Positions 1 to 11,200 of a stretch of DNA of 60,000 bases are shown one piece after another; positions within the stretch are counted from its first letter, which is position 1, and every line of letters starts with the position of its first letter. The notes beneath the pieces were generated by a model, which saw nothing but the letters and a program-made list of their open reading frames with translations, was not told the DNA's origin and searched no databases. This DNA is from Lama guanicoe. Lineage: Eukaryota. The position numbers were made by a program, and so were the translations under genes. The stretch lies in the NCBI GenBank assembly GCA_013239625.1, contig MU053216.1, positions 436,001 through 496,000 of the forward strand. Reading direction: 5' to 3'.

Positions 1-671
1 CGTGCTGAGGCTGGTTGGGGCTCAGAGTCAGATGCAGAGGTATGGCCTACACACAGGATGGCACCGCCGCCCCATTATACCCCTCGAGGTCCCCAGCGCC
101 ACAGCCGTGGCAGAAGACGCAGGCCCAGGGTTCGGGTCAAAAGAAGCCCCTGCGCCCCTGCTGGCCCCCTCGCTCCAGCCAGACGCCCTCCACTGCCTGT
201 GTTCACCAGAACTTCTCGCCTGCTTCCTGTCACACCATCCTTCTTCTCTGCCCCCAGGTTTTCTCGCAGCTCATCCCTGGTCCTGGAAGGCTTTCCCAGC
301 CTCCTCTCCCCTCCAAGGTCACCTGCCACCGGCAGCCTCTCTCCCGCCTCCCCTTGGGGGCTGGAGGCCGGGAAGGGCAGGGGCGGAGCTCTGGCGCTGC
401 CCGTGGGAGGGGCCGGTTCTTGCTGTCAGTTCTGTGGCCAGGCCTCTCCCCTTAGTCCCTTGGCCTCTACACCCCCCACCCGCCTGGGTCTGCAGCAGCT
501 GAACGTCCCAACCCCCACCCCAGCCAGACCCTGAATCCCCTCTTCTTGGTCTCCCATCCTCTGAAAACCCTCAGCCAGTGGATCCTTCCTTCAGAGCGGC
601 CAGGCCCCCACCTCTCCCCGAACCAGGCTGCTCAGCCTCGGGGAAGCCTCCTGACCGGCCTGCCTCCCCTG

Positions 672-688
672 CCCCCCCCCCCCCCCCC
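672..688. repeat. C17 homopolymer (G17 on the LGR6 sense strand)
   Basis: 17 consecutive C, with further C-runs to about 702. Confidence 0.95.
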
Positions 689-1876
689 GTTCGGCCCCCC
701 CGCGGCCACTGCTCGCTGACAGCGACACCCTAACTCCCCCCACCCGACCCCGTCTTTACTGACAGCTGCTTGGAAGCCTCCCCTCACCTGTCCTCACCTT
801 TCCGGCCCAGGACCCTCCCCTGGCGGCCTCCCCCTTGGCTCCTGCAGCCCCAGAGCCCACGTGACGCATCTCAGCATCTGGCTCCCTTGGCACAAGTCAT
901 GCGCCGTCCTGCCCACAGTCACCCTGCAACGTGGGCTGGGTGTCTGGTCCTTGACTCTGCATGGCCCCCAGGGCTCCGTCGAGAGGCCCTTGTTCTCCCA
1001 GGAGACCTGCCTTGGAGACCTGACCCCGTTTATTCACAGCGAACAGCAGGATGTCGCAGGGGCGTCGCTGAAGCTGGAATCAGCCACTCTGTTCTGCTTA
1101 CCCTCTGTCAAGACCCCACCGCCCAGAAGAAGGGCTGGTTCGGCCATGCTGGCAGGAGGACGTGGTCCAGAGGGACGTCCATCCAGCCTCTCAGGTCTCC
1201 CAGGACAGAATTAGACAGACCTGAGCCTGCTTTATTGTCTCTCAGGTGCAACTAAGCATCACCCCTGCCCCCAGCCCCCAGTTTGGAGAATCACACCAGA
1301 TTTCAAAGCGCAGAGGAGGCAACTTTAGCAGAGTCACGAGCAGGCACATCCCTCGGCAATTAGCATGTAACCCAAAGCAATTCCCAGTGACCACCAAGCC
1401 CTTAGTAACTACCCTGGGAACCTACCAGCCCCGCACAGCAATGAGCCAGGAGCGAGTCTGCACCCCACGCTTCCCCTCGGAGGGCAGAGTTAACCCCAGT
1501 CTCCAACTCCTGCCAGGAATGCCATCTCCCCGCTCATCACCCTGACGGGGCTCAGCCGTCTAACTGCACATGGTGGCTTTCCTCGCCCCTCCAGGCCTGG
1601 GAATGAGCTGAATTTATCCTGTGCCTGTGCCAGAGCGTAAGACAGGGCCCGATGCCTGACCGCCAAATGTGGAGGACTTTATCCCAGGCCCCGACGTGCC
1701 CTCCAGCTGGCACGGTGTGGCGATGGCACTTGCACGTCCCAGCCCAGAGGGTGGCAGCTTAACTCCTGTTCTCCGGCCTCTGGTGGGGAGGGTCAACAGG
1801 AGATCCCCTCCCCGGCCCTGGGGAGAATGAGGGGAAGCGCAGAGAGGGCAGAGCCACGGGTGGAGGCAGCACTCAC

Positions 1877-2092
1877 AGCACCACCAGGCTGCTGAGGTTC
1901 TGGAAGGCGCGGTCGGGGACGTGGGCAATGCGGTTGAGGGCCAGCGTCATGGCCTGCAGGCCGGGGAGGTGGCTGAGGGCCCTGACCGGGATCTCGGTGA
2001 GCGCGTTGTCGTCCAGCCACAGGTGGCGGAGGGAGGGCAGCCCCCGGAAGCTCCCGTCCGGGACCAGGGAGATGAGGTTGGCATCGAGGCGC
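1877..2092 (-). CDS. LGR6: LGR6 exon 5 (three LRRs, 216 nt)
   Basis: ctctccaccag|G CGC CTC GAT GCC AAC...GTG GTG CT|gtgagt, encoding [72 protein letters not shown]. This frame is absent from the supplied ORF track. Confidence 0.97.
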
Positions 2093-3587
2093 CTGGTGGA
2101 GAGAGGGTGGAGAGGTGAGTCCCGGCAGGTGCAGACTGAGGGCCGGCCGGCCGGCAGGACCCCATAGGGCCTTCAAGGTGCCCGGGACCAAAGGCCAGCA
2201 TGCACCCAGTGTCCCACCTACTCAAGCTCCTGTGGTGCGCCCCCACCCCACCCCACGATTCCTTTGACCCTGTCAGCCATCTGTTCCTATTGGTGACCCA
2301 AGTTTGGACCTGCAGCCCAGTGTGGACACGTCTCCCCACCCCATACTCCCCTCTGAACTGTGGCTCCCCTGCCCCGGGGAGACACCATCCTTCCAGAGCC
2401 TCGCCACTCCGGGGCCAGACAACAGAGATGTTCCCACCGTCAACAGAGGGACGGTCCTGCCCTCTGCACGGAAAAGAAAATGCCTCCCCAAAGATGCAAG
2501 CCACTCCCACCACCCAACCCCGGTGCCCCTGCTGCCCGACTTCCCAGGGACCCAGCTGTTTGATGGGCTCCTTGCTTGGCTGATGGCCACAGGTGAGGCT
2601 GCTTCTCAGAGCAGGTAGGCTGACGGGGGGTGACCCTGTCTGGGCACAACCAGAGGGTCCAAGGTGGCGGGAGTACTTCTGATGCGAGTTCTAGAGGATC
2701 TTGGCAGCCCAGCAAGACAGGAGACAGCCCACCCTGGCTTCTTACAGGTAAGTCCAGGCAGTGACGCCCTTTCCCACTACGCCTCTTGGTCAGGGACCTG
2801 GGCTGAGCCACCCCCTTGCGGCTGGTCCCACGGGACGGGACGAGCTGGCCTGTGACCCTGGGTCTGCTCCTGCACTTTGCTGTCTTGAGGGGGCTTTGTG
2901 CTGAGGCCTGGCTCTTCCACACGGTCGGCACATGGCACCTGTGTCGTGGAGACCTCAGCCCTCCTTTGCAAAGGCCCGAGAGCCCCATAATCCGGACCCT
3001 TAAGAAGAATCTGTGTGCCTGGGTCGGGGTGGAGGGGAGACTCCTTCCATCCCAGCAGCAGGCGCCCACCTGCAGGCGTCGCGGGAGAGCAGCCGACCAG
3101 GACAGGGCCTGACAGCTGCGACGAGGAGAGGCCTCCACCCACATAAACCCAACCCAAAGGCCACTATCCCTTCAGCAAGGGCCGGTGCCTCCAGTCCCCA
3201 GCCTCCAACGGCCGCCAGACCCTCATGGCTGATGTGGCGGGGGTCGCCTGGGGACCACAGGTGGAAACACTGTGGACGGTCTGTTTCCGCAGTCGGGCGG
3301 GGCCTGGAATCTGTTTCCACGAGGCCCTGATGTTCTGCGCACAGACAGGGTGAAAAGTGCCGGATGAGCGTCAGGTGCGCAGGAGACGGAGCCCTGCCCT
3401 TCCCCACGGAGCTCCAACTCAGTGGGAGGGTCGGACTGATAGTCACAGAGCAGGGTGACCACAGGGGAGGCTGCAGGAGAAAGTGATGCCACATGGGGGC
3501 CTGGTGGCCCCGGGGGGTGGGTGGCAGGGCAGGGTGGGGGGTAGATCTCAGCAGAGGGAGTACACGGCAATTGCGGGGGATGAAAGC

Positions 3588-4329
3588 GGCCAACGGGGCT
3601 TCGGGAAGGGGAGGGGAGGGGAGCACGGGGGAGAAGGGCAGGCGCAGCCGGTGCGCCAGGGCCTGCGAGCAATGCTGTCAGGGAAACACGGAGCCACGAG
3701 GGTTTCCAGCAAAGGACGCGGACACGCAGCAGGATTCCTGGTGCTGGAGAGGGGCCATGCTGGAGGCCGAAGACCAGCGAAGAGACAGGCGCCTGCACAA
3801 CCATCGCGTCGGAAAGGTGCGGCCACATCCCGTCCCCCAAAGGGCCCCTGCTGGGGGTGCTCCCGTTGCTCTGGCCTGGGCGGTTGTAGGGCTGGCCTGC
3901 CAGGCTCCAGCGTCAGCAGTTCTGGGAGTCCTTTTAGCAGCGCTTGAAGGACACCAGCAGCCAACGGGACTTCGGGAAGGGGAGGGGAGGGGAGCACGGG
4001 GGAGAAGGGCAGGCGCAGCCGGTGCGCCAGGGCCTGCGAGCAATGCTGTCAGGGAAACACGGAGCCACGAGGGTTTCCAGCAAAGGACGCGGACACGCAG
4101 CAGGATTCCTGGTGCTGGAGAGGGGCCATGCTGGAGGCCGAAGACCAGCGAAGAGACAGGCGCCTGCACAACCATCGCGTCGGAAAGGTGCGGCCACATC
4201 CCGTCCCCCAAAGGGCCCCTGCTGGGGGTGCTCCCGTTGCTCTGGCCTGGGCGGTTGTAGGGCTGGCCTGCCAGGCTCCAGCGTCAGCAGTTCTGGGAGT
4301 CCTTTTAGCAGCGCTTGAAGGACACCAGC
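3588..4329. repeat. Direct tandem duplication, 2 x 371 bp
   Basis: 3588-3958 matches 3959-4329 with two mismatches (3588/3959 and 3598/3969). The duplicated ORFs in the track are offset by exactly 371. Confidence 0.97.
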
Positions 4330-4519
4330 CCGGCCTCCTTCCTGCCCGTGAAGTGCCCTCCACCTGGGCTCCCCCACCCCTGAAGCATGCCTGGGCTCCT
4401 CGGCTCCCAGAACAGTCCCATCACAGGCCCCGGAGGGCCCTGCCTGGCCTGATCCTCCACTTCCAGCCTCATTTTGGTCCCTCCTCATACACTGGAGCCC
4501 ACGATTACTCAGTGTGCAC

Positions 4520-4700
4520 TACTGTGTTCCACGGGCGCTACACACATCAAGTCCTTCCATTTTCATGGCCCATGAGGCTGACGTTTTGCAGACGAGAATG
4601 GGGAGGTGCAGGAGGTTAAGTAACTCGCCCAAGGTCCCATGTGTAGTAAGCAGTGAAGCTGGGATTCAACCCAGGCAATCCAGCTCCAGAGAACACGTCT
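4520..4700 (-). mobile_element. MIR SINE
   Basis: TTTTGCAGACGAG...GAGGTTAAGTAACTCGCCCAAGGTCCC...GCTGGGATTCAACCCAGGCAATC is the MIR core. Confidence 0.8.
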
Positions 4701-4924
4701 CTAACTGTTACCTGTGTTACCCGCACACTCCACACACCTCCTGTGTTTATGTGCCTCGCTGATCTCTGTGCAGACCTGGCGTGCTCCCAGAACACCCCAG
4801 CACTGCCGCAGCAACAGTCCCAAGCACTCACATACCCGCGTGCCCAGCCCACCGGGGGGGCCTGGGCTGCGTCCTCCAGCCCGTCTCGCCGGCTCCACCC
4901 CCACCCCCAGAGGCATCAAGCGTC

Positions 4925-5130
4925 CTCGAGCACATGGTCCAGGACCATCGGCCTCGCCACCACCTGGGAGCTCGTTAGAAGGGCATTATCTCAGCCCCAT
5001 CCCAGATTTAGGGAGTCAGAGCCTGAATTCTAACCTGACTTCCGGGGGGTGCCTTGAGTCTCAAGCACATTAATGTCTCTGAAGCATTGAGCCAGGCCTT
5101 CCAGAGCTTCTGATGCTCCGGTGCAGTGGC
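4925..5130. mobile_element. MER5A-like hAT-Charlie DNA transposon relic
   Basis: CACCACCTGGGAGCTCGTTAGAA...CTCAGCCCCATCCCAGATTTAGGGAGTCAGAGCCTG matches the MER5A core. Confidence 0.65.
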
Positions 5131-6007
5131 TGGGCGGCTGGATGGGAGAGGGAGGCTGCAGCGTTTTCTCGGTGGTTGGGGCCCGGCTTGTGCTGGGGGC
5201 CTTGCTCCTGGTTTTATCACCAGGCCCCAGGCTCCGGCACGCCCACACCGCGTGGTTCACAGACGGTGCCCGGCAGTGATCTTGAGTAAACAAGTGAATG
5301 AGTTCATGGGGAGAGGGGCGGCTTAGCTGCTGGAGGCCTGGAGGGAACCCAGGACAGTGGTGCCCCCACTGAAGCCCTGGGCTGGGTGTGGCCCCCAGTG
5401 ACGCCATGACACCAGCGGTACCTTGATCCCCTGATGAGCCCCGTCACGTGTCAGGTCAGCGCCAGGTGTGAGGTCTGCATCCTGGCCGTGATGTCTGAGC
5501 AGCTCCATTTCACAGAGCGGCCCAAGGCTGCAGGGCTGCTGGGCTGGGGTTCCAGCCAGGTGTCTGACCACGTGCTCACCACCTGGGACGCTGGTCCTGG
5601 GGGCCCAAGGAGGGCAAGGACCTGAGTGCCTCCTTGAGGAGCCCTGGGAGCCAGTGAGGCCGTGACCAGCGTCTGGGAGCTGCCTATGTGTGTGTGTAGA
5701 GTAAGCACACATGTGTGCCCTTACACACGCATGTACCTACTTCCTCACATCACCATGGCCCTGCTCTCCTGCGTTTGGTGCAGCCCAGAGACTGGAGGGC
5801 CTCAGAGGCCTCTTCTGCCAGGCTGGGCCCCCACTGCTGCTCAGCTTCAGTGAGACCCGCCCGTACCTCAGCGCTCCTGGGACAGGGATGTGCCAAAGGG
5901 GGAAATTTGGCAAACTGGCAAACGAAGGACATGGGACGGCAGTGGGAGAAGAATTTGCATGACTTTCCACATGGGCAGGTGGGCTGGCGGTGGGACATGG
6001 ACCCAGG

Positions 6008-6145
6008 GCAGCATGGCTGGATTTAGCAAATAAAAATGCACGCTGCCCATTTAAATTTGAATTGCAGATAAATGGTGAGCAATTGTTAGTGTAAGTGTGT
6101 CCCAGGCAACGCTTGGGACAGCGCCCAGCTACACTGGAATTTCAG
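6008..6145. mobile_element. MER53-like hAT MITE relic (partial)
   Basis: GATTTAGCAAATAAAAATGCACGCTGCCCATTTAAATTTGAATTGCAGATAAA...TGTCCCAGGCAACGCTTGGGACA matches the recalled left arm and centre of MER53. Confidence 0.75.
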
Positions 6146-8134
6146 AGGGGTGGGAATAACCGTTCTGATATGTTGGCTCAGCACGTCACGTGGTAGCTCT
6201 CAGCCTGGGGGTCCTGCGAGTGTGGCCTTGGCCTCGAGATGGGTCTAGGCACAGAGCCCTCGTCTAACTGTGGGGCTGTGGGGGGTAGTCTCCTGAGCTG
6301 TGTGGCTTAACTACCCCCTCCTCCCTGAGACAAGACCATCTGGAGGCTGAATGCGAAGTGCACGGCTCAAAGCCCGCCCTCCCGCCTCCCAGTCCCTCGC
6401 ACCAGGAGGCCACCCAGAGGAGCCTGGGGCTCAGGAGGAACCAGCGGCTGCAGGTCCTCCTGGTGGTTTTGACCTAGAGGACAGACAGCCCTTGGAGGTA
6501 CGTTCCCCAAGGGGTCCAGAGAGGATGGGGGGAGGCGATGGAGCCACCCTGACTCCTACTTCCCCTGCCCCTCTCGCCTCTGTGAGTCTCTCCTGCCCCC
6601 AGGAGCCCCTATCCTTGGGTCCCTTCTACTGTCTCTGCCCAGCCCCCGCAGGACAGGGTGCTTCCTGAGCAGCTCCTCACCCCTGGGTCAGGGGTCAGGC
6701 TCCCAGGGTACCCCGTCCGCGAGGGCTTGTGGGCCGGGTCCCCCTGTCATCGGGGGGAGCCTCGGAGCAGCTCCCATCCCAGGCGGGGGAGCCAGTCCAC
6801 CACAGACTCGGGTTCGGCAGGAGGAAGAGGCCAAGTACACCAAGCACGTTTTAGAATGAAGTCAGCGGCCCTTTCCTCTCTCCCACGTGGGCCTGGGCTC
6901 CTGGAGTGATGTCTGGTTTCAGTTCTTCCCTGGGTACTCGGGCAGATGAGCAGGGACGTCCGGGTCAGTTCTGGCTTGCCCGGGCTCAGGAGGCAGCAAA
7001 CCCTGGATCTCGCACTCCCCCCGCCCTGGGGGGAGACAGGGAAGGAGGCCTGAGGCCCCTTCCCTCCAAGCTCCAGGGGTCGGAGGGCCGGCTAAGGAGC
7101 ACCGGACTCCTGGGGAGTCGGCACCTGGCCCCCTGGCGGAGTGAAGGGGAGGAGACCCTAACGGGGAAGAAGTGGCCACAGAAGAGGTTGGGGGACGAGG
7201 GCCTTCTCACTGACTGTGGCCCCGGAGCAGCAGTGACCTCGGAACGCTCTTGTGCCTGAGCTTGAAGGGGCCCCGCCTCATCACCTCATCTGAGGAGCCT
7301 GAGGCCCAGAGAAGGTGAGCCCAGTGCCCAGAGGGGGGGGCGGCCCCTCCCACCAGCCTGGCTCCCCTACACGGGCATGACGACACAGAGGTGCACATGT
7401 CTCTGGGCCAAGGAGGCACGTTCTCCTTTGGAGCCCGGGGCCCCTGACAGCCCACAGAGCATGAAACTGACCTAAAGACCCTCCCTGGAGTGTCTTTCTC
7501 GAATCCACCCTATATCCCACCAGACCTCAGTCAAGTGCACTACGGAGGGACAGATTCGGGGCTCCCAGTGGACGGCCACCTCACCACGCATGGCACCACG
7601 CAGGCACCCGTTCAACAGGGATCCCACACGTGAAGCCCCAAGCCCAGCAGGTGGCACAGGCTGACCTTGAATCCTCAGGCCGGTGCCCCCAGAGGCCTCA
7701 GGGTCAGCTAGGAGAAAGGGCGGGGTCCCTGAGCCATTCCGCGAGTGCGCCCCCCAGCTCCCAGCCACACGACGAGGGGGACACGGCAGTGGTGGGACAG
7801 GGTCCTTAGAAGCAGAGAGGGCCTGAAGTCCATGAGGACAGGTGGCAGGAAGGAGACCCCCCAGGGCCAGTCCAGGGAGCAATCCCGCCTCCTCCAATCA
7901 GAGAAGGCGCTCCCAGGCCCCTCCCGTGGTGTGGTCCCCTCATCCTAGGAGAGGGCCTCTCGCCAGTCCGAGGATGTGAGCGTCCCTCCCTGGCAGTGGA
8001 CAGGAGGGCAGGGTGCCGAATGTTCAGAGATGGGCCAGCTGCTCTCATCCTATGACGGACCCCCACCCACTTCAGCCTGGCTGCCTCTGGCCTCCTTAAA
8101 GCGGCCCTCCACGCAGACTCTCCTCGCAGATGCT

Positions 8135-8245
8135 CCCACCATATAATTTTCAAGACCCAACACAAAATGAAGGTGGGAAGCCCTTGCTCAAAATGGTTAA
8201 GACTCTCAGGAGGGCAACAGCGGAGCCTAACCCTTCTGAGCTGGA
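8135..8245. mobile_element. MER91-like relic
   Basis: ACCCAACACAAAATGAAGGTGGGAAGCCCTTGCTCAAAATGGTTAAGACTCTCAGGAGGGCAACAGCGGAG. Similar to the 48815 copy. Confidence 0.6.
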
Positions 8246-11200
8246 GGCAGGGCACTCGCAGACCCGGCCCTTCTCTCGAGCCAGAAACCCTCCAAGTGGT
8301 GGCCGGGTCTCTGCTCTGCCTCCCCGACTATGGGCGCGAGGGCAGGAAGAGTTCGGGGAGGGGCCCTGAGGACAAGGCCTGTGGGTTTGGTGCCAGGCTG
8401 TGGACCATCTGCCCTGGGCCAGACCCTGGCGGCCTCTTTCCCTGGGGACCCCTGGCCCTAGCACACGCGGGCACGCATCACACCTTCAGGAGAGGAAGGA
8501 GAGGGAAGGGGCCAGGGAAGGGGGCGTCTTGGCTATGGCTGGGGGGAGGCAGGTGTGGGGGAGGGGAGGAGACTGAAGGAGAAAAATGAAAGCAATCGGC
8601 CACTGTGGACACAGTTACCCTGACTGGCACCTGAGGGAGCACAGGGCAGGCTGGCACCAGCTGAGCCCTGAGGTCGCGCCCGGGCCGCCCGCAGGCAGTG
8701 GGCCCCAGCCTCCCGCCACTGCCAGCCTCTGCACGGAGGGCCCTGCATCTCCGAGGAGCGGGGGTCCCTCTGGCTGCTCACCCTGCTTGGGGTTTGCACA
8801 AAGCCTGTAGCGCACCTCCCGCTGACCAGCAGGTCCCCACGTGCTCCCAACACGTCACTGTCAGTTCTGCCCCGAGTGACATTCCTTTTGTCTTCAGTGC
8901 AGTCGGACTGGACTAAATTCAGTCCAAAGGGAAGGAAGCATGTGGTCGCTGGACCGCAGGGACCACTCAGCACAAGCGCCCACCGCCAGGCAGCGCCGTG
9001 CTCAGCTCCGCTCTCCCGCGGGGAGAGCCCGTGTTCCCTCTGGAGGCGCTCTTAGACTCTTTATATTTAATGAAACAGCACAAAACCGTAGCTGGCGTTC
9101 GCGGTGAGCTAGCGCTCGACATAAACCTCGTGTCTGACCTCCACCCCGGCGCCGTGGACTAGGACGCCTGCACTGCCCCCGGCCCGCAGGAAACGGCTCC
9201 AAGGTGAAGCCCAGGGTCTGACTCCAAAGCCTGTGGCTTCAAACCCACAGCTGCTGACTTCAGTCGAGTGTGTGGAAGATACTCTGGAACTGGGACCGGC
9301 CCTCTGCCTGTGGGAAATCCAGGGAGGCCTCACAGAGGAAGCGACATCGAGCTGCTCTCGGGGAGGGGGTTTCTGCAGGTAGGGCTAGGGGAAGGCACAG
9401 AAGCAAAAGGAACAGCAGAGCAAACCCCGGGGCAGGAGACGCACGGGGGCGGGGGGGTCGCCCGCTGTGGAGGTGGGTGAGAGGGGCCGGCGGGGAGGCA
9501 GTCCCCGTCGGAAAAGGGCAGCAGGTGGGTCACTGTGAGGCCAGTGGGGATGGGTCAGGGCGAGAGGCCTGGGCAGGGGCGGAAGTCAAAGGTTCTCCTG
9601 TGAGAGGCTCTCGGAAGGCAGGCCCAGGAGAGCGGGGAGGAGACAGGCAGGGGAGGTGGGAGGCACCCAGGAAAACAGCAGTTTTCCAAGCCTGTCGGCC
9701 AGGGACCCCATCACACACCTTATGCCCCACACTGCGCAGAACCAGGGGGTGGGATCCCACCAGCGCTGCCCCTCCGCCCCAGACCCCAGATTCCGGGAGG
9801 TGCGTGGGAGGGAGTCCCCGCTTCCCTCTGAGCTCTGACCTCTTTCTCCGTCCTGGGATGGTGACTGGTGGGGTGGGGAGGGGAGCTGGGAGACGCTGAG
9901 CCAGAGCTCCTCCACCACTCAACCCCACGAGGCTTCCCCTCACCGGGCTTGAGCCCCACGCTTGGCCTGGAAGGCCCTTCCGTCTGTGTGGAGAGCAATC
10001 GGCCGGGGCCCTCGGGGGCTGACAGCCTGGGGCAGTGGCAGGGTGTTTGCACTGGAAGTTGCACCCAGCCTTAGTCCAAGGGACTGGACCCAGACTCTGT
10101 TACAGGAGGTCCCCCCAGCCTAGCTCCTCTGTGCCTGGCACTGATGTCTGTGCCGTCTGGGCAGCTGAGGGCTCCCCAGCCTGCACCCCATCCCCTTGGG
10201 GCAGTACGCCTCTGGTCTCCTCGAGGCAGCACCGTCCAGTAGGGCTCCCTGAGCTGCTGCCACCAGCCGTGCGTGGCTCCTGGCCGCATGAAAGGTGGCT
10301 AGTGTGGCCGAGGAGCTGAGTCTTGACGCTGATTCCATTTGAATGGCCACCCGCGCCTAGTGGCCACCACACTGGACAGCGTGGCTCTAAGGCATGAGCC
10401 AGGCTCAGTGCAGCTATTTGGGGTCTGGACGGAGCAAGATGTGGTTCCTGCCCCGGAGAGGCCCACGTTCTATGAGGAAGATGAATAAAGCAACAACAGA
10501 CAGGGATGCAGCGTGTGCGCGGGTGAGAGAACAAGGCTGTGTCTACATGTGAGGCCCCGAGAGCAGAAGGTGGGAGCGGCTCATCGGGGACTGGGACGTA
10601 GCACAGGCCTGCCCTGGGCCTCGGGGAATCACTGAATTTTCACCAAGGGGACAAGGGGACGAGGTGCCAATCAAAGCAGCACGTGGGGCTGGGGGAGGGA
10701 GGCGGCTGGGAGGAGATCGCTTGTGGACCTGAACTTGAACACGCAGGCTTTGAGGAGGACAGCTCCCGGGGGCCAGGAGGCTGGCGAGAGCCTTGAACCT
10801 GCAGAGACAGAGCTCCTGACCTCGAAAAGCCCCTTCCCCACTCCGGGCCCAGCCTGCAAGGGGGAGGGGCTTCCAGCCCCTCTGTGGGTCTGCCCTCCTA
10901 GGATTCATGTCTTCTTGGGACACGTTCCCCTGGCTTGTGTCCCTGTGTCCCCGAGCCATGTCACACGCAGAGACTTAGGGCTGCCGGCCCCCGACCCCCG
11001 AGGCCCACAAGCATGTCAAGTTGACAAATTCTACCCCTTGGACAGTATTCCTTCTTTAGAGTGTGGAAGTTGCCTGTAATGTGTTTGGAAACCTGGCAAA
11101 TATTATTAGGTAGACTTTTAATTAATGGAGGATAGCTTTTTGAGAGAAACTGCGGGCAATGGGACACAGACTTGGAATGCAGGGAGCTCTGGGCCAGGAT

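Noticed and set aside
1..1876. LGR6 exon 6
   Set aside because: I found no HLHNNRI-like 72-nt exon with splice sites, so it presumably lies beyond the window start.
1921..2167. Plus-strand ORFs over exon 5
   Set aside because: They are antisense shadows of the high-GC3 LGR6 exon.
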